64,000 bases of DNA from Octopus sinensis (taxonomy: Eukaryota), in assembly GCF_006345805.1 (NCBI RefSeq), contig NC_043011.1, positions 66,910,464 through 66,974,463 of the forward strand, written 5' to 3'. Under the pieces are notes generated by a model. It was given only the letters and a program-made list of their open reading frames with translations, was not told where the DNA came from and searched no databases. Position numbers and translations under genes: made by a program. Shown in pieces: positions 13,202-24,399 of the stretch (within the stretch, counting starts at the first letter, position 1; the number at the start of each line of letters is the position of its first letter).

Positions 13202-14785
13202 TTGCGGCCAAAATTTTCAGAACGGCATTGTTTTCGTCAGAAAAATAGATATACGTTTTGTCAAAGTTGTTTTATATTCTATAACTTTCACAGACAATAA
13301 ATACAATATGAATTGTTATTGTCTGAGATTGTGGTGTAATTTGAGGGGATAATACAAAAGTTATGGATGATTTAGGGATTTACTGCAAAACCCATGGCGG
13401 CCAAAAGGATCAGAACGGTTGCTTTTACTCCGTGTTTTAGTATATTTAACCGACGAACTCTAATGTTTTGAATTTGTTTACATGACGGTTCGTTTACTAA
13501 ACATTAGTAAGAATATCTGCAGTGTACTTTGTTAATATAATTCCACTTACTCTGTTACCAATTCGTCAGCAGATTATTAAGCTTCGTAAGAAGGATAATT
13601 TAAGTATTGGGTCTATTGCAAAGATTGTTAACAAGTCAAAAAGTGTTGTTCACGGTATTCTTAAGGACTACAATGATTGTGGCTCGTGTGAAGCTAGAAA
13701 GTCTACAGGTAGGCCAAGAATAACTACCAAGAGAGAATATCGTGCTATGGTAAAGTTGGTTAAAAAGGACATGCTGCTGTACTGAAGAAAACTTTATCTC
13801 GAAAAACTGTGTCTCGTCGTTTAGTTGAACATGACCTACAAGCAAGAGCACCTGCAGTGAAGCCACTGATCAGTTCCAAGAATAAAAAGTGTCGTCTTAC
13901 TTTTGCAATGTGTTGTGGTCTCAAGAAGAATGGCAATCTGTGCATTTCAGTGATGAATCTAAGTTTATGTTATTTGGCTCAGATGGGAGAGGTACGTTCG
14001 TCGAAATGTAGGTGAAAACCTGTCGCCTAAATGCCTTAAGACTAGTGTTAAATTCGGTGGAGGAAGTGTCATGGTTTGGCGGATGATATCTGGAGATGGA
14101 GTGTGCCCTTTGATGCGATTATATGGGAAGTTAAATGCAGGAGTTTATAAACAACTTGTAAGAGATCATGTGTTGCCTGTGCTGAGAAATTCAACCAAGC
14201 GACCACCCATATTGATGCAGGACAATGCCCCATGTCACAAGGCTAAGGTGGTCATGAACTTCCTCAAGGCTGAAAAGGTTATTGTTTTGGATTGGCCTGC
14301 TCAAATCTCAGATCTCAATCCTATTGAAAATGTGTGGAATACTCTAGGAGAACGTTCGAAAGCCAGAAATCCTATAACAACCGAGCAATTATGGAATGTC
14401 CTTCAGGAAGAATGGAATAAGGTCACCCAGCAAGAAATTGAAAATTTAATTTCCTCATGCAGTCGAAGATGTCAAAGTGTGATTGAAGCTAAAGGGCTTC
14501 ACACTAAACATTAAATAATTCTAGTATTCTCTGTGCTTTTTTATTATTTTGTTATTTTTTTCAACCGTTCAGATCATTTTGGCCGCCATGGGTCTTGCAG
14601 TAAATCACTAAATCATCCATAACTTTTGTATTATCCGCTTAAATTACATTAAAATCTCAGACAATACCAGATACTATCGTATTTATAGTCTGTGAAAATT
14701 ATAGAATATAAAACAACTTCGATAAAAAATTATACCTACTTTTCACACGAAAACAATGCCATTCTGAACATTTTGGCTGCAACTG
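13199..14785 (+). mobile_element. Complete Tc1 (DD34E) element with long IR-DR type TIRs, transposase frameshifted
   Basis: TIRs ~13199-13421 and ~14562-14785, each with the motif ggccaaaa..tcagaacgg at both ends, flanked by TA. Transposase motifs GRPRITT, FSDES, QDNAPCH-(34 aa)-DLNPIENVW. Confidence 0.93.
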
Positions 14786-15254
14786 TATATATATATATTC
14801 AATGATTGATACAGGAGACGGAATGTAACTAGAAGCTTTATTAACACAACAATCGTTTCGGCTTCATTCTGTTCTGACTCCCTGTGTGTTACTGACAATA
14901 TAATGACATCAGATGCAACACAGAGTTCAGTAAGCACCATCAGTGACATAACATGCTTCAAAATTACCAGATTTACATTTTATTTTCGCTCCAACTCTAA
15001 CCTCAAACTAACTGTGATGACAAGCTTTTAACATCTTTCCTCAGCAGCTTTCATTCTATCTATATCACTCTCCCAGACAATTCCGCCTGTGTATATTCTT
15101 TTTTTTTCCAGTCCTCTTCTCTCGCCTTTAACTTAATTTAATCTAATCCTTCCTGTGCAGGCCTATCTCTTTCAGTCTCCCATTTACTTTCCCTTGTTCA
15201 ATTTTATTATTTCTTTTCATTCTATTTGTCTGCAGTTTATATGTACTCCTAAAA

Positions 15255-15517
15255 AGCTCCACGAGGCTGCGGCAGGGGATGGTGGTGATCCCTGCTGTAC
15301 TCTTTCACCACAACCTTCTATCACTCTTACTTCCTGTTTCTGTTGTACCTGTATTTCAAAGGGCCGGCCTTGTCACGCTGAATATCCCCGAGACATACGT
15401 TAAGGGTACACGTGTCTGTGGAGTGCTCAGCCACTTACACGTTAATTTCACGAGCAGGCTGTTCCGTTGATTCGGATCAACCGGAAGCCTCATCGTCGTA
15501 ACCGACGGAGTGCTTCC
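15255..15517. mobile_element. GC-richer interspersed repeat (SINE or LINE 3' end-like)
   Basis: Abrupt GC-rich block ending gttaatttcacgagcaggctgttccg...gtaaccgacggagtgc, which I recall as an octopus repeat. Family not assigned. Confidence 0.35.
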
Positions 15518-15825
15518 ATCCATATGTACTATTTTTGATGGATATTTAATATTGACAATGGTAGTAATGCCTCAATCCATAATTGAAGTGGACAATAACA
15601 ACATTACGGACCAAACTGAAGACCTTAAGTCAGACACCACTTTATGTGTGAATGTAACTGGTGTGACTGCAAAATAGGTGCAACACAATATGATGCACAG
15701 CAGTCCAGCCATAAAGGAAGGTCGAAGAATGGGTCAAAAAGATCGCCGTGCAAAATAAAGATTTATACCAAATCCATTTTCTGTTTCCTTCATTGATTAT
15801 GTGTGTCTTGGATCATCCCATACAT

Positions 15826-16470
15826 GCGCTTTCTTATCATTCTGTTTTTAATGCGGTTTTTTATTATACGGTTTCTTATAATTCTGTTTTTAATACGGTT
15901 TCTTATAATTCTGTTTTTAATGCGGTTTTATATTATACGGTTTCTTATAATTCTGTTTTTAATGAGGTTTTTTATTATGCAGTTTCTTATACTTCTGTTT
16001 TTAATGCGGTTTTAATGCGGTTTTTTATTATGCGGTTTCTTATAATTCTGTTTTGTATACATTTTTTTTTAATGGGATTTCTTATAATTCTGTTTTAAAT
16101 GCGGTTTTTTATTATTCGGCTTATTATAATTCTGTTTTTAATGCGGTTTTTTATTATGCCGTTTCTTATAATTCTGTTTTTGATGCGGTATTTTATTAAG
16201 CGGTTTCTAATATTCTGTTTTTAATGCAGTTTTTCATTATGTTGTTTCTTATAATTCTGTTTTTAATGCGGTTTTTATTATGCGGTTTCTTATCATTCTG
16301 TTTTTAATGCGGTTTGTTTTATGCGGTTTCTTATAATTCTGTTTTTTAAAGTGGTTTTTAAATTATACGGTTTCTTGTAATTCTGTTTTTTAATGCGGTT
16401 TTTCTATTATGCAGTTTCTTATAATTCTGTTTTTAATGCTGTTTCTCATTATGCAGTTTCTTATAATTCT
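15826..16470. repeat. Minisatellite, ~41 bp unit (tttcttataattctgtttttaatgcggttttttattatgcgg), about 15-16 copies
   Basis: Direct reading of head-to-tail degenerate units with no unique spacers. Confidence 0.9.
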
Positions 16471-16484
16471 CTTTTTTTTCAAAA

Positions 16485-16620
16485 TGAAGTTGAACAAAGT
16501 TCTTTGTTAATCTAAAATATACTTGCCTTCATTTTCTACAAAGTTCTTCCATCTATCTGAGAGACTTGTATACTAATATTGGTATACTTATTTACTAATT
16601 TTTATGAAAAAAACATGGTA
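16485..16620 (-). mobile_element. Mariner transposase C-terminal fragment
   Basis: Minus strand reads TSLSDRWKNFVENEGKYILD*. Confidence 0.7.
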
Positions 16621-17695
16621 AATTGTTTTTTTCCCCTTCCACAATTTAAAAAATAAATTTTTCCCGTTCCAGATCTTGAAAATTTGCCTTGAATTAAAAG
16701 CCGTTATGATTTATTTTTTGTTTTTTAATTTTTCATACACCCGTTTTTATGAAAATATACTTTCAATTTAGCATATACTTCTGGCATAATATGATCTTAT
16801 GTGTATGTAAGCAATAGAGTCACAACAGCAGTTGAAAACAGAGGTTGGCTCTTAAACTATTAGTGGAAGTAAAGTTTTGTTATTCAAAATTTTATATCTT
16901 TAAATATTTAAAATTAATTACTTAAGCTAGTTTACTTTGGTTCTCTTGTACTGCATAAACATTTACCCTATAAGCTGTTCCCAGAGATGGTTTAATTACA
17001 TGACGAAGAGGTTTTGCTTGTATAGGTACAGATTATTGAACATATCTGATCAATTCCGTGTACCTTATGATTCTTAAAACCTATCACTTAGTGTGTTTTC
17101 GCATAATAATCCGTATTGTCATTGAGCTTTTCATTGATAACAAATTTATTAGCAACGTATATGTAAAGCATCACAATTATGTGATATTTCTTATTAAAAG
17201 GGTACACAAGTTATTGAAATACATTCAAAATATCACGGCATGGAATAATGCTACCGTGTGTGTAATATGAATCTAGCACCACATTCGAATCGTAATCGTA
17301 AGTCAAATGCACACTGCTATATTCTATGTATAGTGTAAGTTAATCTATGAATAGCATTATTGTGACTGCAACAAGAACTTTATTCAATTTATTCAACTTT
17401 ATTCAATTTATTCAACTTTACTCAATTTTATTCATCTTTATTCAATACGAATATGGAGTATATATTACATGTGTATATTACATGTTTCTCACTGTAAACA
17501 CGTCTATTATATTCCATGGCACTCTATAATATCATGGTAATACCACATTCAAATGTAATACAACTGTATCAATGAAATTACACCGTGCTGCTACTGCAAA
17601 CGTCCTTTGTTTTCTTTGGTTTTTGGTACAGCTATTGCAAATTCATTGGAAATGTTCAACATACTATTTCACCGATAGGAGAATAACAGCTGTGA

Positions 17696-19215
17696 TTAAT
17701 ATAGAACAGTTTCAATAGCATATCCTTCATTTGTTGAAGCTGTAGTCATATACTGAAGACACATTGGCAGCAGAAACGCAGTGCTTATTCCAACAGTGTT
17801 GCCAGAGCTTTTAGTCGTGCTTTTATTCGGGTCTTTCTTAATCTGAAAGAAAACGAACAATATATCTTACAAAAAAATAAACCATGGAGATTTGAGGCTA
17901 TAAAAAATACTGAAATTATGACCGTTGGATAGAGTAAGTCCTGTGTCACATTATTTGGTACTTAATGAGTAGTTAAAACGCAGCTAAGTACCATATTCTT
18001 TCTTTTCTTGCTCGATCGTTCAATCAAGGATCTGTTTTAGTAAAAATACGTGATTGTTTTTATTGTGACAATAAAACAATTATTATTCGATCGATTGCTA
18101 CTCATTGCACTGCGGTAGGAATAAGTGAATTAAATGCAAACTAAAGAATATTATCACTCGCTCTTTGTTTTGACGAAGAAGACGATAGTAAGCCAGTCTA
18201 CATACCTCACACTTATGTCTATACATGAATTTGAAATTTTCCATACAATATGGGTCTACTTTATGGAAACATCTCCATAAGCTCTGGTATCTCCTGGAAG
18301 GGAAAAATATAATTGAAAATTATACATCCATGTACTCTTGTGTAGTTTATGTATTTCATGTTCCAATGTCAAATATATTCTGGACTCGATCTCGATTTTC
18401 AAGGGACCGAGTATTACACGTAGAAAGAACGACAGACAATACTCAGCCTTTAAAAACGTCTCAACTCATTTGCGTTGTTCTGTCAAAAGACATATCGCAG
18501 GAAAGTGCACAATTGCGTCAGGTTTAATATCATCCAATGTTTATCACTTCGAAGAATTGTAAAGAACTAGAGTAAATTAATTCAACTTCAATACAAAATT
18601 AACAAAAATCTATCTGTATGTTTCATATTGGCATGAGTATTACCTAGCACAGCTTCTAGGTTCTTTTCTCTAATGCCATGCTGCGATATTGGCTGTAAAT
18701 TGCCAATAATCCTAAGCCAGAGTGTAGCAGAATTGCTTTCACAAATGCTATTTGTTCAATTACCATTCGTTTAGACCATAGGACAGGTTTATGCTATCAG
18801 AAATGGCAGTAATAAAATGTATTAGCCAAACGATATATGACGATTAATCGTCATAGAAATGTGTAAATAGATCTAGAATTTCGTGAAAGGTTTTCTAACA
18901 ATTAATATATGTCAATAATTAGATGTATATATATATATATATACTAATATTAACATAGATACTAACAGTAAGATCATACATACATGCAGAATAATTTGGT
19001 ATTTTCAGGGTGTGCAAATCTAGAACAACTATGTCTTGCTTCTCCAACACAATCAATTGACACTGCAACACCTAAAATATTTCGAATTTCATAATATACG
19101 AATACATCTGTAGAGATGCGAATGAGGTTTTCGTTGGCATCAATATGATGGCATTAAGAGTTATTAAGATACATAAGAAGAACAGCGACAAACTTTACAG
19201 TTGCGGATATAACAT
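17696..19215 (-). pseudogene. Multi-exon pseudogene for a small Cys-rich secreted, possibly GPI-anchored protein (copy A)
   Basis: Exons with GT-AG sites: 19215-19173 (MLYPQL*SLSLFFL), 19071-18984 (CVAVSIDCVGEARHSCSRFAHPENTKLFCM), 18293-18206 (RYQSLWRCFHKVDPYCMENFKFMYRHKCE), 17842-17696 (IKKDPNKSTTKSSGNTVGISTAFLLPMCLQYM...*). Phases 1, 2, 0 join in frame. Minus-strand AATAAA motifs cluster at ~17380-17445. Confidence 0.6.
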
Positions 19216-19294
19216 TGGAACGAAGCGGGGTGTAAAGCGATGTATTCACAGACGTAACTTCCTACTCCCAACACGCGAGACACCAACGGTATTC

Positions 19295-20250
19295 TTCTAG
19301 TGGAGTCATCATTCAGTAGGCTCATTCACCTGTGTTGTTGTATAAGCGGGGATATCCTTCTTTCATCCATAGATCAACAGTCTGCAAACGTTATCTTCTC
19401 CCATGTATGAATTCATGGAATTTTTTTACTGCAAATATGATGGTTAATGCTTCTTTCTCTGCATAAGCGTAAATTTTGTCAACCAGCAATAAGGATCGCG
19501 AACCATGATCTACAAATTTCATATTTGTGGAAAATCACATCTCCAAAACGAATTTCATTAGCGTCAGATGCCATTTCTAAATTCAGGTTTAACTGTTATA
19601 AAACAATTCCGATGTTAAGAGATTCTTAATTTCTTGAAAACTTTTTGGTATTTGTCCGACTAATTCCACTTAACGTTTCTTTTTAATAAGTTATTCAGGG
19701 ATGCTCTCAAACCATGCATATTCGGTATATATACCTCAGTAATTTGTGAGCCATAAAAATGCTTGTAACTGTGTAATGTAATGCTTGTAACGTTGTAACG
19801 GGGGCTGGATCTTATTTATTGCACCCACCTTTGATGTGTCAGGTCTACATAAAATATTGAAAACAAAACTTGGTGCTATGTTTATACCAAAATGATCTCG
19901 ATTAAATTTATACAATCCCCCGAAGATTATCTAGTGTTAGAAATTTTTAATATTCTCCATCAGCTTTTACCTGCATGTATGCTTCAGATAGGTCCAACTC
20001 TGAAAAAAGTTTTCCTCCATTAAACTCCACGAACATTTCGTCCGAACTTGGTAGCGGGTAATTATATGTTATCAAAAATTTGTTTAACGCTTTAGGAAAA
20101 TCAGCTTACATACAGATTTTATTGTATTTTTCTTGATATTAACTGTTGGGCCCGCCCATTCAGAATAATCAATTTTTTTTTATAACCCCAAGTTTTTCTA
20201 GTTCTTCGATTACTTGGTCAAACGTTGCGAGAAGTAGTCCTGTTTTATTA
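19295..20250 (-). mobile_element. Gypsy pol relic (RT and RNase H), integrase portion deleted
   Basis: Minus strand: ELEKLGVIKKIDYSEWAGP, NYPLPSSDEMFVEFNGGKLFSELDLSEAYMQV, LASDANEIRFGDVIFHKYE, EKEALTIIFAVKKFHEFIHG. Confidence 0.85.
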
Positions 20251-20799
20251 CAAAACAGCTGCGGGAAAATTGTTTTTAATTCTTTTTAATTTTTTCCTCC
20301 CGCCACTTATTGGTACTGGCGGGTAAAAAACATTCACATTTAAAAAAAAATGAAAATTACGCTGAGGTCCCCTAAGTTAAATAATTGCATCCAGTATTTT
20401 CCGAATAAATTTGGCGTAGTACAAAAAATTTTGGCTTCTAAGGTTTTTCCGGGAAATGTAAAATCACTTTTTTCGAAATACTTTCCGTTCTACCTTTTCT
20501 TTATCTTCTCTCCCATGTCAGATTTTTCCACACACAAAGCATATAAAACGTAAGCCTCCGCACCTATGGCATGGATTGGGTCTTGACATATGTTTTACTT
20601 TTTTCCTTATTCGTTACAGGTCAACACGCATGAATACCAAACGAATCCCATTCTTCAAATTTATCCGCGTCATATCTTACAGTTATAATCCTCTTTCAAT
20701 ATAATGCTACAGCGCGTAGATAATATTTTCTGGCCTGTTCTAATTTTGTTAATAACCGGAAATGTGTATCTTCATCATTGCTTACGATTACCACTAGAA

Positions 20800-21025
20800 A
20801 AAAATATTAAACATCAAAATATGGCCAGGTTTAATTTATTTAATTTGAGTTTTTCATGTTCGCGGAGTTTTATGGAGGAAAACCCTGTAGACTTCACAAA
20901 GTCATCGACCTTTTTTACCAAATTCTGCCAGGCATTATTCAACAGAGAGCATATTTCATTGAAATCTTTCAATAAAATCTCAGTTAACAAAACTTTCCGA
21001 CGAACGGGAACGTGAAACTCTGAGT
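20800..21025 (-). mobile_element. Possible hAT (Charlie/Buster-like) transposase fragment
   Basis: HVPVRRKVLLTEILLKDFNEICSLL...KLNKLNL loosely resembles HTEVRWLSRGKVL..EI..FL...KLNxLNL. A copy lies at ~58506-58730. Confidence 0.35.
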
Positions 21026-21045
21026 AACAGCTTTTGTTATATATA

Positions 21046-21085
<40 letters not shown>

Positions 21086-21189
21086 TATATATACACATCT
21101 GTATAGGGGATATACCCTATATATGGACTGGCCCTCAAATTATTTTAGATTATATTTTCCTCTTTGTATCAATGTCATGAGTTCATGGT

Positions 21190-21680
21190 CTGACATAAAA
21201 TACATCTAAATTTACGTCATTTAGATATTGTAAACATTTTAAATACTGTGAAATATTTTTTAAACCAGGTATGAATGGAAGGGAAAGATTCTTGCCGAAA
21301 TGATTCGGCTGATAAAATAGAACATTCTAAACATCATATCAACAAACGGAGACCGCAATTCATCCAGCAGATTCAAAACATTATCGATTACAAACCGAGA
21401 ATATAGATGTAGATTATTTTCGAAAATCTCGCGGTATCAGAGTTAAACATCAGAAGTGTTGGGCACAAAATCTTTCTGAACTGAGCTTCTGCTAATTTAT
21501 GTCGTCCAGAACACAGAAAATGGTTTGATCTGTACCAAGTGGTTACTTAACAACGTTAACACGATCGCGAACATTGCAAGATTTGGGTTTTGGGAGAAGA
21601 AAATTTGGAAAAGACAAACGTTTTGTCCACTTATAAACAATTACTTATTAAGGTGGGAAAATGATCAGAAAACCGTTTGT
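21190..21680 (+). mobile_element. maT-like transposase N-terminal relic
   Basis: KRRPQFIQQIQNIIDYKP...LAVSELNIRSV and MSSRTQENGLICTKWLLN parallel the 52.1-52.5 kb element (KRTPEFIGKIREMINNDP...SEFLIRQVV). Copies at ~37350-37810 and ~58875-59350. Confidence 0.55.
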
Positions 21681-21754
21681 ATTCATCTTTTCAAATATAT
21701 AATAACATACCAAGTATTTACTATTAATTACTCTACTATAAATGAATATATATA

Positions 21755-21796
<42 letters not shown>

Positions 21797-24074
21797 CACT
21801 CGCAACTAGTTATGAAAATTCAGAAATATTTATCATTTCGCTACTTACGGAAAAGAACAAAGAAAATAAATATGGAATAATTCATTATGTATTTTCGTGT
21901 AGGACTCAATACCTGATCAATCTTTGACGATATAACGCTGCAACTTCTTTTATAATAGTGATGTAACATGTGTTTGAACAGTGCAACAACCTAATAAATT
22001 GGATTTATGGCGTTCTTTTGTAATATTTCCGACGTATTTGTTGATTTAGAGAAAATTGTCTACATTATTACGTACGTTTGATGAATTGTTTAAAACATTT
22101 TAAACAATTCATCAAACGTACGTAATAAATGAAGACAGTTACTTTTAACTAAAGTAACTGTCTTCATTTTTGCCTGTAAATTCCTAAGCTTCAAAAGGTC
22201 GAGCGGCTATCAGGGATCGGAGGTGGGGTGGGTTTCAACCTTTCAATCCTCATAGATGCCTACTGGGAACAATATATTTCACTCTTGGAAGAGTAAATAT
22301 AAAATATTTCTCTGCTCTTTTCACAGCTATACTTCGTTCGGAATCTAATTAATAGTCTCTAAAATACTAATATATTCGGGGATTCCAAAGTTATTTTCGC
22401 GATTCATAAACCAGAATATCATCTGAAATGGCGCTATAATGGCACAACTCGGTCCATGTTGCTGACTGCATGTTAGTTAAAACGACATCTTTAAGTCTGC
22501 CCGCACTAACGTTTTAGCCATATTTCACACTGAGAACGGTTAAAGAGCTAGAAAGTTTTCTGGGAAGACTAGAGGCAGTGCACTGTGTAGATATGGAGGA
22601 TTTACAACTTTTACCATAATATATATCGTGACGGATGTGCATTTGCCTTTCTAAGTTGCAATAGCTCACAAATACTTTTTCACTTAACAGATGAACGTTG
22701 TACATGTATATATATATATATATTCAGATGAATATGGTACTTAAGTTAAAGGCATCAGATTTTAGTATGGTATTATCCATATAATTCAAAATTACTAATT
22801 ATAAATTATCATGTAAGGATTAATAATAGCATTTTTTTACTTTATTAAAAAAAGTTTTTTGTTAATAATATAATTTTTGTCCAGTAACTTGATAATTTCT
22901 TTACCCGATATTAAACACTAGTCATTTATAGGTATTCTCATGATAAGTAAATATACTTTTTAGTCTAAAAATTATATATTTATAAAATTTCTTCTAAGAT
23001 CATACCTTACCTATTAATATAAATAAGCTAAGTATATCTTATAATAAGTTTTTAGAACACAAATCCGTTTTACCCATTGTCTATAACATTCTACAGATAT
23101 TTATATTTTTATTATATTCATTTTCATTTCTTTACTTTAATTTCAAACCAATTTCTTACCCATTTACTCACTCTATCGTTTTATTTATAATATATCTCTA
23201 TAAATTTCGTACTCAACTTATATAAAACTATTCTAGTATAATTCACTGTTTATTTTATAAATATAAGAAATATGCTTTAAATGGAATTATTAACATAATA
23301 TATACATTTTTAACGTATTCCTTTAACTTTACTTTCCTTTATTAATACCAAAAATTTCCATTTAATAATTAAATATAAATATATATAAAGTTAGTATAGA
23401 AATATATAAATATGGAATTATTTCTATATTCTCCATCCCTCTATTGCGTAAAATCGTTTGATAATACTAAAAATATTCTGAAATATTCTTCCTGTTGTTT
23501 TCTTTTTTAAACAACTCTAAAATGTACCTATGTATATATAAGTAACAATGCTTTTATAGTTGTCAAAGAGTTAATATGTTTTACTCTCCCTACCCTATCA
23601 GATTTAGCCTGCAAACTTAGCTGAAGTATATTCGTACTGAACCAAAATGTGTTTTTCTTCAAAGAAATCACGATTTATGATTCTGCCACTTAAACAGTCT
23701 TCTTACGCTATCCATAAATGATAGATTCCAGTTTCTATTAGATTTGATAAACGAGTCTATAAATTAAGACTACACCCCCGTAGTTAATCTGAATAATAAA
23801 TGTAATCAATGATAAGCAGTGTATTTCTTTGAAATAATCTCAGTTACAACTGTGATGTTGTCTATCTACTGATCTATTTATCCTCTTTGTGAATCTGGAT
23901 AATAAGTAAACTATACAAATGAATCCTTAGAATTTAACTAAATTCTATATTTTTATGCAGCTGGAGATTACTCTACTTTTTTAAATTGATGCAATATTCG
24001 CATTGCTCAAATAAATGGAGTCGCATGAAACGATCGTACTGCATTACTTCTGGATATTCTTGTTGCGTATTTTG

Positions 24075-24156
<82 letters not shown>

Positions 24157-24399
24157 GTATATACTGCCACCCACTCATAAAAATAAACGGGACTGCCGTT
24201 TGGGGAGTTAGGCTTCGGGACACGGCAAGCCTAAATATTGACACCCAAACACTGTGAAATGTTCGTATTGGAACATTCAGTGCGAATGCCAAGCAATCCA
24301 GTATGTCGTTTCCAAATTTCCACTGACCCTGCTATACTGTGTAGTCGACAAAATCTAAAATAAACAATGCGCACTGGCGAAATTAAAAATATGAGATGG

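Larger units (their letters stand above)
16773..22700 (+). repeat. Segmental duplicate copy A
   Basis: 16773-19295 matches 31770-34340 almost exactly (identical ORFs 17058/32060 and 18225/33228). 20735-21790 matches 58441-59430. 21797-22700 is a more diverged match to 38805-39620 and 60355-61160. Confidence 0.95.

Noticed and set aside
15826-16470. Regular repeat array as a possible CRISPR
   Set aside because: Units are head-to-tail with no unique spacers, there are no cas genes, and the context is eukaryotic.
18448-18790. TGA codons at plausible Cys positions suggesting selenocysteine recoding
   Set aside because: TAA stops occur in the same frames and no SECIS was recognised; ordinary decay is simpler.
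22514-22705. Minus-strand ORF resembling a second GPI-type terminal exon (paralogs at ~39440-39610 and ~60990-61160)
   Set aside because: Only weak AAG acceptors, an in-frame stop in copy B, and no upstream exons found.
22740-23540. Very AT-rich stretch resembling a mitochondrial insertion (NUMT)
   Set aside because: Only a short cttacatgat-like match to mt 16S; no recognisable rRNA, tRNA or mt protein motif. Needs a blastn against the mitogenome.
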